Below, one piece after another: positions 27,385-39,692 of a stretch of 64,000 nt of DNA. The stretch lies in NCBI GenBank assembly GCA_030390025.1, contig CM059432.1, positions 122,266,001 through 122,330,000 on the forward strand. The letters are read 5' to 3'. The notes beneath the pieces were generated by a model. The model made no database searches and was not told the DNA's origin. It saw nothing but the letters and a program-made list of their open reading frames with translations. The position numbers were made by a program, and so were the translations under genes. Each line of letters opens with the position of its first letter. Position 1 is the stretch's first letter. This DNA is from Squalus acanthias. Lineage: Eukaryota.

Positions 27385-28970
27385 CCACCATAAAACAAAA
27401 TTTGACACCGAGCCACATAAGAAGAAATTAGGGCAGATGACCAAAAGCTTAGTCAAAAAGGTAGGTTTTAAGGAGCGTCTTAAAGGAGGAAAGAGAAGTG
27501 GAGAGGTTTAGGGAGGGAATTCCAGAGCTTAGGGCCGAGGCAACTGAAGGCATGGCCACCATAGTTGATTGGTTAAAATCGGGATGCACAAAAGGCCAGA
27601 ATTAGAGGAGCACAGATATCTCGAAGGGATGTGGGGCTGGAGGAGATTACTGAGATAGGGAGGGGTGAGGCCATGGAGGGATTTGAAAACAAGGATGAGA
27701 ATTTTAAAATCAAGGCATTGCTTAACTGGGAGCCAATGTAGGCCAGCGAGCACAGGGGTTATGGGTGAACGGGACATTGTGCGAGTTAGGATACAGGCAG
27801 CAGAGTTTTGGATGACCTCAAGTTTACAGAGGGTAGAGCATGGGAAGCCAGCCAGGAGTGCGTTGGAATAGTCCAGTCTCGAGGTAACCAAGGCATGGAT
27901 GAGGGTTTCAGCAACAGATGAGCTGAGGCAGGTGCGGAGCCGGGCGTGTTCCAGGAGTGTAAATAGGCGGTCTTATTGATGGTGTGAATATGCGGATATA
28001 TGACACCAAGGTTGCGAACAGTCTGTTTCAACTTGAGATAGTTGCCGGGGAGAGGGATGGAGTCAGTGGCTAGGGAATGGAGTGTGTGACGGGGACCGAA
28101 GACAATGGCTTCAGTCTTCCCAATATTTAATTGGTGGAAATTTCTGCTCATCCAGTACTGACAATTTAGGGACAGTGGAGAGGTGGAGAGCGGTGGTGGT
28201 GAGGTAGATCTGCATGTTGTCAGCATACATGTGGAAACTGATGCTGTGTTTTTGGATGATGTCACCAAGGGGCAGCGTGTAGATGAGAAATAAGAGGGGG
28301 CCAAGGATAGATTTTGGGGGACACCAGAGGTAATGGCGGGGGTGTAGGAAGAGAAGCCGTTGCAGGTGATTTTCTGGCTACGATTAGATAGATTAGAATG
28401 GAACCAGACGAGTGCAATCCCACCCAGCTGGACAATGGTGGAGAAGCGTTGGAAGAGGATGGAGTGGTCAACCGTGTCAAAGACTGCAGACAAGTTGAGA
28501 AGGACGAGGAGGGACAGTTTAGCTTTGTGACAGTCACATAGGATGTCATTTGTAACTTTGATAAGAGCCATTACGGTACTGTGGCGGGACGGAAACCTGA
28601 TTGGAGAGATTCAAACATGGAGTTCCGGGAAAGATGTGCACGGATGTGAGCGGCGACAACATGATCAAGGACTTTGGCGAGGAAAGGGAGGTTGGAGATG
28701 GGACGGTAGTTTGCAAGGACGGAAGGATCAAGGGTTGTTTTTTTGAGGAGAGGGGTGATGACGGCAGATTTCAAGGAGAGGGGGACAGTACCTGAGGAGA
28801 GAGAACTGTTAACAATATCAGCTAACATGGGGGCTAGGAAAGGGAGTTGGGTGGTCAGCGGTTTAGTGGGAATAGGGTCAAGGGAGCAGGAGGTGGGTCT
28901 CATGGACAAGACGAGCTCAGAGAGGGCATGAGGGGAGATCGAAGAGCAAATGGAGAAAGACTGAACAGAT
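27385..28970 (-). mobile_element. L2-clade LINE ORF2 (RT) 3' fragment, frameshifted
   Basis: LANYRPISNLPFLAKV, LLNLSAVFDTVDH, SGVPQ, SRLDYSNALL, LHWLPV motifs across frames. Confidence 0.85.
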
Positions 28971-29210
28971 CTTAACATATGAAGTCACATGAAAACATAT
29001 TGCAGGCTACCTGCTACCATAGGCTTCAGCCTTGTGAGGCAGACTTCCCGGCCGAAAAAGCCTCCAGTCTGTCAATCAGGCTGCCTGTGGGCGGGAACCC
29101 CTCTTAAAGGAGCACTGCAGTTAAATTCTGCAGGACATTCGGGAAACCCGTTCTTCCGGGTTTCCCGTTCTCACAACAGCCACCCTGCACAGATCTCGCC
29201 CCCAGGCTAA

Positions 29211-29487
29211 AATCCAGTGCATCTTGTTGATGGTACACACTGCAGCCAAGGTGCACCGGTGGTGGAGGGAGTGAATGTTTAAGGTGATGGATGGGGTGCT
29301 GATCAAGCGGGCTGCTTTGTCCTGGATGGTGTTGAATTTCTTCAGTGTTGTTGGAGCTGCACTCATCCAGGCAAGTGGAGAGTATTCCATCACACTCCTG
29401 ACTTGTGTCTTGTAGATGGTGGAAAGGCTTTGGGGAGTCAGGAGGTGAGACACTCGCCGCAGAATACCCAGCCTCTGACCTGCACTA
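29211..29487 (-). mobile_element. CR1-clade LINE family A fragment
   Basis: QRLGILRRVSHLLTPQSLSTIYKTQVRSVMEYSPLAW. Confidence 0.8.
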
Positions 29488-30639
29488 TGAGTCTCTCCAT
29501 GGTCCTGTAATCTGTTGACACTCACTTCAGCAAAATTGCTGGCACCTGTGAAAATTTATCCCAAATAGAGACAGCACATTTCGAAGAGGAGAGGAAAACT
29601 GTAGCATTGAATGAATGAGACTTTGAAATGTTAATAATGCATTGGAGCTGATTTGCGGGTCTTTCACAATCTCTTAAAAATGTTGCAATGCACTGTCGTC
29701 TGATATCCTGTGTTTACATAAATCGTTTCCGGCTGCCTGAATTCCTGGTATATAATAGAGACAGAAGATAATTCCTTGAAATACTGTAAGATATGTCAGA
29801 TTCACATTCACCCAGAACTGGTTAATGTATCAGGAACATTCTCCACTCCCTTTGTATGAAGCCACTCCCTCATGCTGCAGATTTGGTCCACTGACTGACA
29901 TCCTTGTTGGACACAAGATGGCTAATGATAACTGCAAGATAGAAGTTGCGATCACCAGTGACAACTGTCAAGCCCTCAGACTGAATGCCGGGCTTACCTG
30001 TTACAGGGTGTATCTCGCAATGCTTCCAAGTCTGTCATTGATCATAAATATTTTTGGACTGCTAGTATGTAGACTGGTGGGATGTGGAAAGAGAATAAAA
30101 GTACTACTGCAGCAAAACACAGGAACATTTAGCTGCACATATTAGAGATACTTTATAGATCCTGGAATATATTGAATATTTCTCCTGATAATGCCTTGAA
30201 AAGTCAAGATGCCTACCCTGAGATATTGTTGCTTATGTATGCTTATATATGTATATATACACACACACACAAACACAAGTAATTACTGAATTCCCCTTCA
30301 GCTACAAGCAGCTTTGGGGGATTCACACTGCAGTCATAATGGAGTGTGTATAACCCCTGGAGCTAAGTGATGAATGGGGAGAACAGATAATGAGGAAAAA
30401 CACAACAGGGGATAAAAACATTAAAAGTGCCCAATAAGAATTTTCATTCCTTGTAATTTTTTTTGTGCTGAAACACAGGTGCTGTGTGAATATTTATGGA
30501 ATTACCAGACTATAAAACCGACTGCAAGGACCCACACTTGAAGAATAGCCAAATGCACAGAGAACACTGTCACTTGTATTCCATTTCCGCTCCAATAATT
30601 AAAGGAGTTTAATGAAAGATCCAAGTGACCGTGTATGAG

Positions 30640-31068
30640 AAAGAAAAGAAAGACTTGCATTTATATTGCACCTTTCACGACCACCGGATGTCTCAAAGTG
30701 CTTCATAGCCAATGAAGTACAGTCACTGTTGTAATGTGGGAGCCAAATTGCACACAGCAAGCTCCCACTAACAGCAATGTGACAATGACCAGATAATCTG
30801 TTTTGATTTTGTACTGGCCAGGACACCAGGGATAACTCCCCTACTCTTCTCCGAAATAGTGTCATGGGATCTTTTACGAGAGAGCAGACGGGGCCTCGGT
30901 TTAATGTCTCATCTGAAAGACGGCACCTCCGACAGTACAGCACTCCCTCAGCACTGCACTGGAATGTCAGCCTTGCTTCTATGGGCTCAAGTCCCTTGAG
31001 TGGGAGTTTGAACCCACAACCTTCTGACTCAGAGGCGAGTGTGCTACTAACTGAGCCACAGCTGACAC
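30640..31068 (-). mobile_element. DeuSINE-like SINE
   Basis: Same family as 37758-38203, tRNA head at right end. Confidence 0.75.
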
Positions 31069-32302
31069 ATGAGCTATAAGGGTTAAACTGTTTGATCCAG
31101 GAATGCTGCCTCCCTCATGCATAAGTGCGTGGGCTTTATTGCGATTTCACAAAGTATTCTTATTTGTGAAATAAGATGATACGGTCCTGTGTTACCTCAA
31201 CCTTTTATGAGCTACTGAAATGCTAATAGTACCTTAAAAAAAAACGTTTTTAATGATTTCATGATCAAGAACAGCCCGTGGCAATGCTTGTTAAAAACAA
31301 AGGTGAGCGTCTCTCCGCACCTCCTATATTTTATTCATGATGTCCGAGGCGGTGGGGTGGGGATTGGCAGCGTTTGGCTTTCACTAATTATATTGTGATG
31401 CATTCCATCAGCTTTAACTTGATTAGTAGAAATGACTTCAAGTTTCACAAATTGCTCCGACCCACCAGCAGTCATAGCAGGCATGGCGAGTTTCAAAAAA
31501 AGAAAAATGGCTTGAATTTCAAAGTCATTCAATCAACTCTTATTGCTCCAGTCTGCCGCATTACTTTACAATTCAAAGTGCAATATCCAACAATAAAGTT
31601 GCAGTTCACCCATTTAAAAATAATTTCACTTGGCAAAGATAACAGTCAATAACACAATTATTCCAGTAATTCCTTCCTTGTGGCGACGGAATAATATCAC
31701 CCTTGGCAGCTGCTGCATTTCACATTTATAGGTAGCATATTTTTAAGATTGCAAAGAAATGATCGGATCTCAGTGTTGCTTCTGTAAGATGCTGGTTGTG
31801 CATATTTTGCATATATAACAAATTGTAGTCATTTGTATTGGACGTATTGGCAGTTTTCACCCTTAAATTTTTTGGAATAGCCAGATATCCTCCAGCAGAG
31901 GCTTATATATCTGCACTGAGTACTAGTGCAGTGTTATATACAAGCGAGTAATCCAACAGAATGGGAAGCTTTCCTTCCAAAAGAGCTCTTGGCAGATGTT
32001 ACCGTGTAATTACACTAAATCATTCTTCAAGCTCTCCAGGCAATGTGCCTACTTTGTTATTGTACCTTATGCACCAACGTTGTAATATTCCAGTAATACA
32101 CCGAGAACACTTTATTAAACTAGCTTTGGGCACCGCTAAGGCCAGAAACTAATCTTACTGGAAGTTCTGATATTGCACATTTATTATGTTCAGCACATTT
32201 AAGGACTGAACAGGAAGCCAGATGTTGCCTGCTAAATGACTTTAAGTGTGCATACGTGTGGCTGTCTATGTGTGCTCCTATGTCTCTGCAGCTGTGGTTC
32301 TA

Positions 32303-32740
32303 CATAAGAACATAAGAACATAAGAAATAGGAGCAGGAGTAGGCCAATCGGCCCCTCGAGCCTGCTCCGCCATTCAATAAGATCATGGCTGATCTGATCC
32401 TAACCGCCAATCTACTATCTACTATCACAGAACCATCTCCTGCATCTAACAGAATTGCACACACGAAATAGGAGCAGAATCAGGCTACACGGTCCCTGGG
32501 CCCGCTCCACTACCCACAGGGCCATGACCGATCCGAACCTAGACTCATGTCCAAATTCCTGCCCGCTCCCCGTAACCCTTAATGCCCTTTACTTCTAGGA
32601 AACTGTCTATTTCTGTTTTAAATTTATTTAATGATGTAGCTTCTACAGCTTTTTGTGGCAGCATATTCCATGGACCTACCACCCTCTGAGTGAAGTAGTT
32701 CCTCCTCATCTCAGTTTTGAAAGAGCAGCCCCTTATTCTG
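32303..32740 (-). mobile_element. Two adjacent CR1 3' tails
   Basis: (CATAAGAA)3 tail + ATAGGAGCAGGAGTAGGCC; second GAAATAGGAGCAG at ~32466. Confidence 0.65.
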
Positions 32741-33434
32741 TGTTTATCTCTCTGTGTTTGCCTGCATGTAAAGCTGATCTTGGCAAACTAAAGCTTCGAG
32801 ACATTAGAAGAGGAGACTTACATATATCTTAGGATGTATCTGTGTCTGTGTGTCCACCACCAAGTTCCCCTCCAAGTCACACACCATCCTGACTTGGAAA
32901 TATATCACTGTTCCTTCATCGTCGCTGGGTCAAAATCCTGGAACTCCCTAACAGCACTGTGGGAGTACCTTCACCACAAGGACTTTTGTTTTTAATTCGC
33001 TTATGGGATGTGGGCGACGCTGGCAAGGCCAGCATTTATTGCCCATCCCTAGTTGCCCTTGAGAAGGTGGTGGTGAGCTGCCTTCTTGAACCGCTGCAGT
33101 CCATGTGGTGAAGGTACTCCCACAGTGCTGTTAGGGAGGGAGTTTCAGGATTTTGACCCAGCGACGATGAAGGATTGGCCATATATTTCCAAGTCAGGAT
33201 GGTGTGTGACTTGGAGGGGAACCTGGAGGTGGTGGTGTTCCCATGTACCTGCTGCCCTTGTCATTCTAGGTGGAAGAGGTAGCGGGTTTGGGAGGTGCTG
33301 CCGAAGAAGCCTTGGTGAGTTGCTGCAGTGCATCTTGTAGATGGTACACACTGCAGCCACGGTGCGCCGGTGGTGGAGGGAGTGAATGTTTAACGCAGTG
33401 GATGGGGAGCCAATCAAGCGGGCTGCTTTGTCCT

Positions 33435-35131
33435 TTGTTGGGGGTAATATACTAGCATGGATTGAGAATTGGTTAACAGACAGAAAACAAAGAGTAGGGA
33501 TAAACGGGTGTTTTTCAGGATGGCAGGCTGTGACTAGTGGGGTACCGCAAGGATCGGTGCTTGGGCCCCAGCTATTCACAATCTATATCAATGATTTGGA
33601 TGAGGGGACTAAATGTAACATTTCCAAATTTGCTGATGATACAAAGCTAGGTGGCAATGTCAGTTGTGAAGAGGATGTGAAGCCGCTTCAAGGGGATCTC
33701 GACAGGCTCAGTGAGTGGGCGAGAACATGGCAGATGGAATATAATGTGGATAAATGTGAAGTTATCCACTTTGGTAGAAAAAATAGAAAGCCAGAGTATT
33801 TCCTAAATGGTGAAAGATTGGAGAATGCAGATGCTCAAAGGGACCTGGGTGTCCTTGTACATGAGTCACTGAAAGTGAATGTGCAGGTGCAGCAAGCCAT
33901 TAGGAAGGCAAATGGTATGCTGGCCTTCATTACAAGAGGATTTGAGTACAGGAGTAAAGAAGTCTTACTCCAATTATATAGGGCCTTGGTGAGACCACAC
34001 CTGGAGTACTGTGTACAATTTTGGTCTCCTCACCTAAGGAAGGATATACTTGCCATAGAGGGAGTGCAACGAAGGTTCACGAGATTGATTCCTGGGATGG
34101 CGGGACTGTCGTATGAGAAGAGATTGAGTAAACTAAGCCAGTATTCTCTTGAATTCAGAAGAATGAGAGGGGATCTCATTGAAGCATACAAAATTATTAC
34201 AGGGCTTGATAGGGTGGATGCTGGGAGAATGTTTCCATTGGCTGGGGAGGCTAGAACCAGGGGCCACAGCCTCAGGATAAAGGGTAGACCACACCTTGAG
34301 TACTGTGTGCAGTTTTGGTCACCTTATCTGAGGAAGGATGTTCTTGCCATGGAAGGAGTTCAGCGAAGATTCACAAGGCTGATACCTGGGATGGCAGGAA
34401 TGACATATGAGGAGAGATTGGGTCGATTGGGCTTATACTCACTGGAGTATAGAAGATTGAGAGGGGATCTCATCAAAACATATAAAATTCTGACAGGTCT
34501 GGACAAACTAGATGCAGGAAGAATGTTCCCGATGGTCGGAGAGTCCATAATCTACGGATAACGGGTAAACCATTTAGGACAGAAATGAGGAAGAATTTCT
34601 TCACCCAGAGAGTGGTGAACCTGTGGAATTCTCTACCACAGAAGGTAGTTGAGGCGAGGTCATTAAATATATTCAAGGATGAGTTAGATATATTTCTTAA
34701 AGCTAAAGGTATCAAGGGATATGGGGAGAAGGCAGGTACAGGGTACTGAGTTTAGATGATCAGCCATGATCTCATCGAATGGCGGAGCAGGCTCGAGGGG
34801 CCGAATGGCCTACTCCTGCTCCTATCTTCTATGTTTCTATGTTTCTATGGTAGGGCATTTAGGACTGAGATGAGAAGAAATGTCTTCACACAGAGGGTGG
34901 TGAATCTTTGGAATTCTTTACCCCAGAGGGCTGTGGAGGCTCAGTCATTGGGTATATTCAAAACAGAAGTCGATAGATTTCTGACTAGTAAGGGCATCAA
35001 GGGATATGGCGATAGGGCCAGTGAATGGAGTTGACGCAGAAGATCAGCCATGATCTCATTGAATGGCGGAGCAGGCTCGAAGGGCCGAATGGCCTACTCC
35101 TGCTCCTATTTCTTATGTTCTTATGTTCTTA
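33435..35131 (+). mobile_element. CR1 family B LINE, 5'-truncated RT end
   Basis: SGVPQGSVLGP, SKFADDTKLGG, RPHLEYCVQFWSP; (TTCTTATG)n tail. Confidence 0.9.
34288..34848 (+). mobile_element. CR1 family B fragment nested in the previous CR1
   Basis: Second PHLEYCVQFWSP block, own (TTCTATG)n tail, GGTAG duplicated at 34283-34287 / 34849-34853. Confidence 0.8.
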
Positions 35132-36149
35132 TGTCCTGGATGGTGTCGAGCTTCTTGAGTGCTTTTGGAGCTGCACTCATCCAGTCAAGTGGAGAGCATT
35201 CCATCACACTCCTTACTTGTGCCTTGTAGATGGTGGAAAGGCCTTGGGGAGTCAGGAGGTGAGACAGTCACCACAGAATACCTAGCCTCTGACCTGCTCT
35301 TGTTGCCACAGTATTTATGTGGCTGGTCCAGTTAAGTTTCTGGTCAATGGTGACCCCCAGGATGTTGATGGTTGGGGATTCCATGATGGTAATGCCGTTG
35401 AATGTCAAGGGGAGGTGGTTTGACTCTCGTTTGTTGGAGATAGTCATTGCCTGGCACTTCTGTGGCGCGAATGTTACCTGCCACTTATCAGCCCAAGCCT
35501 GAATGTCGTTCAGGTCTTGTTGCATGCGGGCATGCACTGCTTCATTATCTGAGGAGTTGTGAATGGCGCCAAATACTGGGCAGTCATCAGCGAACATCCC
35601 CATTTCTGACCTTATGTTGGAGGGAAGGTCATTGATGAAGCAGCTGAAGATGGTTGGGCCTAGGACACTGCCCTGAGGAACTCCTGCAGTGATGACTTGG
35701 GGCTGTGATGATTGACCTTCAACCACCACAACCACAGACTGCAGCGGTTCAAGAAGGTGGCCCCACCATCACCTTCTCAAGGGCAACTAGGGATGGGCAA
35801 TAAAATGCTGGCCTTGCCAGCGACGCCCACATCACACAAACAAATAAAAAAAAAGTCTCTGTTTCTGTAAGTGTCTCTGTACATGTTTCCTTATCTGTGT
35901 GTCTCTGTTTCTGTTTGTTTCTTTGTGTGTGTATGTCTCTCTCTCTGTATCTGTGTGCACTTGGAGCTGCTTTTGGCATGTTAGGGATGAAATTTGTCTT
36001 GGGCAGTACTTCAAAAGGCACGATAGTGCATCAGCTGCCTGTTTTACACACCGCCCAATTTTCTCTTACATGACTTCAGCGCTTCCACAACGGGTTGCCG
36101 ACACGCTATCGCCCATTTTGCTCTACTGCCCAGGACAAATTTCACCCCC

Positions 36150-36470
36150 ACTGACTAGTAGGTGCGGTTCTGAGGGAGTGCTGCATTGTTGGAGTTGCAC
36201 TCTTTCAGCTGTTAAACCAAGATCCTGTCTGCCTGCTCAGGTGAATGTGTAAGATCCATATCCTGGCTAACACTCTTCCCTCAGCCAACACGACCAAATA
36301 CTCATTATCTGGTCATTCAGTTCATTGAAGTTTGAGGGATCTTGCTGCGTACAAATTTTCTGCCCTGATTGGCCGGGAAAAAAAAGTCACTACATTTCCA
36401 AAGTAATTCACTGACTGTGAATCCTGAGGATGTGAAAGGCATGATTTAAATGCAAGCTCCTTCTTTCTTA
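36150..36470 (+). mobile_element. Degenerate DeuSINE-like SINE
   Basis: CTGAGGGAGTGCTGCATTG...CTCAGGTG...AAATGCAAG remnants. Confidence 0.5.
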
Positions 36471-37757
36471 CTAAGGCAACCAATTGACGTGTCTCAGGAA
36501 GTGCCTGTGTCTCTGTATTTATGATTACACCTCTGCAAAGCACCTTGGGATATTGTTTCTATGTTAAATGCAAGTTGTTGCCGTTATTGTATGTGTGTTC
36601 TATGTATGTGTTTCAGTGTGTCTCAGTACAAGGGGCTGAAGGGATATGGGAACAGGATCGGCAAATGTGATTAGAACTATTTGCTTCTGAGGAGGGTAAA
36701 CGGCAACTTGGGCTGGTTGGGCTGAATGGTCTGTTTCTGTCTTGTAACTTCTATGTGTTTCTGCATTTGCATGTCTCTGTATGTGTTCCTGTTTCTCTGT
36801 GACTTTCTGGCCTAGAAATTGGGCTGCATAATGCCCATTGTTCAGGCGCTACACGGCCATCTAATGATCCAAAATGGCACTTAAGATGCATGCTCGCACG
36901 TCTGATGGGAAGCGCACATCTTGGCGAAGGAGTTGGCACTCGCACAAGGAACGCATGCCGGCTGAATGTAAAGGAGGCAGATAATTATTCAGATGAGGGT
37001 TCTGACCTACGTGCTAGGTTTACCCGCCATTTTGGACCGCCCATATGAATCGGACAGCATGTGATGCCCTCACTCAGCAGAACATGACGCTAACCTGCAT
37101 GAAGGACGCCCTGCCCAGTGCTATTTAAAGGGATCATGCAGGGCTTACAGGTTAGTTGCTGATTTAATACTTCTGGCTGCTGTTTGATTCCCAGGCATTT
37201 TTTTTTAGCAGAGTTCTAGCACTCCTCAGAGTTCACCTTATCTGCACAAAGAGAGGTTTGGCTGCTTTTGCGTTGTTGTTGTTTGCTCCACAACTTATCT
37301 GGCTGCAAACATGAATGGCCTCGTATGGCTGCCTTATGGGAATAGAGCACAATTGGGAGCAAGAAGGAAGACATCACAGAGCAGGACTAACGGCCACGAG
37401 AGGGAGGAGGAGGGAAAGGAGGCAGCAGAGCAGGAGGAGAGACAGGGACCAACAGACCCCCTTTCTGCCCGAACTCTAAGAGACCAGCTCATTGAGGAGC
37501 AGTTCAACTAAGTCAGAACACCAATTCCCCATTCACCAGCAGTCCCACACTCATTATCTTTTTTCTTACAATCACCATAACATTGTCCTCTATCACTCCA
37601 CACTTACTCATCTTGCCCTCACTTGACTATAATGATAAAAAACAACACCACATGCAAATCCAAATAAATTGATCAAATAAATAATCTCACCCTTCACGGA
37701 AAAGAACCCACTAATCATCCTTGTGCATTCCCTTAGTGTCTGTCTTTCATGTTCCTT

Positions 37758-38203
37758 GGCCTATGTGGCTCAGTTGGTAGCACTCTTGCCTCTGTGTCAG
37801 AAGGTTGTGGGTTCTAAGTCCCACTCCAAGAGACTTGAGCACAAAAATCTAGGCTGACACTCCAGTGCAGTACTGAGGGCGTGCTGCACTGTCAGAGGTG
37901 CCGTCTTTTGGATCAGACATTAAAGCGAGTCCCTGTCAGGTGGATGTAAAAGATCCTATGGCACTCTTTTGAAGAAGAGCAGGGGAGTTATCCCCGGTGC
38001 TCTGGCCAATATTTATCCCTCAACCAGCATCACTAAAAACAGATTATCTGGCCATATCACATTGCTGTTTGTGGGAGCTTGCTGTGTGCAAATTGACTGT
38101 CGTCTTTCCTACATTACAACAGTGACTCTACTTCATTGACTGTAAAGTGCTTTGGGATGTCCTGAGGTCATGAAAGGCGCTATATAAATGCAAGTCTTTC
38201 TTT
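37758..38203 (+). mobile_element. DeuSINE-like tRNA-derived SINE (near full length)
   Basis: A box TGGCTCAGTTGG, B-box-like GGTTCTAAGTCCC, core GGTGCCGTCTTT...GAAGAAGAGCAGGGG, tail ATAAATGCAAGTCTTTCTTT. Confidence 0.8.
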
Positions 38204-38959
38204 TATCGTGGTGTTTCTCCAGTGGCTACAGCTTGGGAGGTGGAAGGCTGCTGAGCTTCCGTTGACAACACTGGAGATGGCCATGGAGGATGACCTCGAG
38301 CAGCTCTGGATCTCGAAGGCCCGGCTACAGACTGCACAATCTCGGCCTGGTCTGATGGAGCCGACCACTCATTCCACACTGGAAAGAATTGGCTCCATTC
38401 TTTGCACAAAGCCTTGAAGAAAGTTAGAGGTGGACTCCTCCATGCTCTGCGATGCTCTGTGCACAAGCTCTCCAGCAAGCTGCCCAGCATTTTCCGGCAT
38501 ATGCCCATTAACCTTCTTTGGTAGCCTGGCACACTGAAGTCCTCATCTGAGTCCTCTGCAGCCGAACTAGTATCGAACCTCGCCCTCTGGTGAGTTGCCA
38601 CCCGTTACTTCCAATCCCTCTGTCCTAGCTCCTGCTCACTTGTGCCCGGTGAGTCACCATGGGCAGAGCCCTCCTCTAACCTAACCATTGAGATCCGTGT
38701 GGTGTCAATCTCTGAGCTGGTGGCTGCGTGAGTGAGATCAAGTGATGGTGCACCTTCGTGATCACTCTGGTCCTCGCCCTCCACTGGCTGCGGAACTTCC
38801 ACACTCTAAGGAGCTGAATTGAGAAAGAGACAAGGGTTAGGTTGTGGCATGAAGTAGAGCAGAGAGGATGAAGTGTGTATTGGAAGCATCTGCAGCTTGT
38901 CATACTGAGTGTGTGGGGAAAGGGAGAAGTCAGAAGCGAGAAGGAGGATTAGGTATAAA

Positions 38960-39650
38960 GAAACCCTGCTTGACGGGTCCTCCAGTGTCACCACTGGCCA
39001 CGGCAGCCACTCTGGCCCTTCCCATCTACTGCCAGCACAGTCTGGTCAATGGGGACAGGGTGTATTATCGCGCTGGTCCCCCACCGGTGGCAGCCTGCTG
39101 CCTGGTGTTATGCGTCACCTTTTCCTGCAAGAAAGAGAGAAGTGTGTTAGTGAGAGTCTTGAGAGATATGTAGGTAATGTGGCTATCATGGTTGAATAGC
39201 TGCCAGTGTGTGTGTGAGATGTGAGTTGTGGGTGTGAAGTTTGTAATAGTGCTCTGAGTGTGTGAGGGTGAAGCTAAAACTATTAAGTGAAGTAGGATGT
39301 ACTGACTTCAAAGTGAAGGAGGGTGGGGTGGGGAGCTCTGTGAGTGTTGCCGTCAATGGGGCTGTGAGTGGAGCAGCTGTGATGAGAAGCCAATTGAACA
39401 GTGTTCTTACCTTCACAACTCTTGTCGGATCATTAAACTTCTTCTAGCACTGCATCCACGACCTGGGTGCAATGCCCCTTGAATTCACCTCTTCTGCAGT
39501 ATCCTCCCACTGCCTGTGCATTAGATGCCTGGACGGCATCCTGCTCCCTGATGGATAGAGAACCTCCTTCCTCTTCTCCACTACCTGCACCAAGGCCTCC
39601 AGTGCAGGATCAGAGAACCTTGGTGCCTGCTGTCTCCCAGCTTCAGCCAT
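38960..39650 (-). pseudogene. Harbinger Myb/SANT-like DNA-binding protein, exons 1 (39411-39650) and 2 (from 39124), disabled
   Basis: MAEAGRQQAPRFSDPALEALVQVVEKRKEVLYP...RSWMQC*KKFND..VVK|GTAAGA; in-frame TAG at 39444-39446; acceptor TTGCAG|GAAAAG. Confidence 0.75.
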
Positions 39651-39692
39651 CTCACTGCAGAAATGATTCACACCACTTCCAGCTGCCACAAT

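Larger units (their letters stand above)
26665..29215. mobile_element. MITE (same family as 19328-20400, inverted) interrupted by a V-SINE and an L2
   Basis: CCCACTTC|...|CGGTTTTAAC rejoins across the SINE and matches revcomp of GTTAAAACCGGAAGTGGG at ~20282; 29100-29210 matches revcomp of 19330-19450. Confidence 0.55.
32985..35736 (-). mobile_element. CR1 family A LINE (pieces 32985-33434 and 35132-35736)
   Basis: AGVPQGSVLGP, MFADD, DKAARLIG; split with TGTCCT duplicated at 33429-33434 / 35132-35137. Confidence 0.8.
32855..35855 (+). mobile_element. CR1 family A 3' end split by nested insertions (pieces 32855-32984 and 35737-35855)
   Basis: ...CCTTCACCACAAGGACT | GACTGCAGCGGTTCAAG rejoins; GACT duplicated. 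Confidence 0.7.

Noticed and set aside
31340..31800. Possible conserved non-coding element (repeat-free, TAAT-rich)
   Set aside because: Cannot be supported without cross-species alignment
33386..34561. 391-aa ORF as a functional RT gene
   Set aside because: Chimeric product of nested, 5'-truncated CR1 fragments
37758..37835. tRNA gene
   Set aside because: tRNA-like head of a SINE, continuous with SINE core and tail
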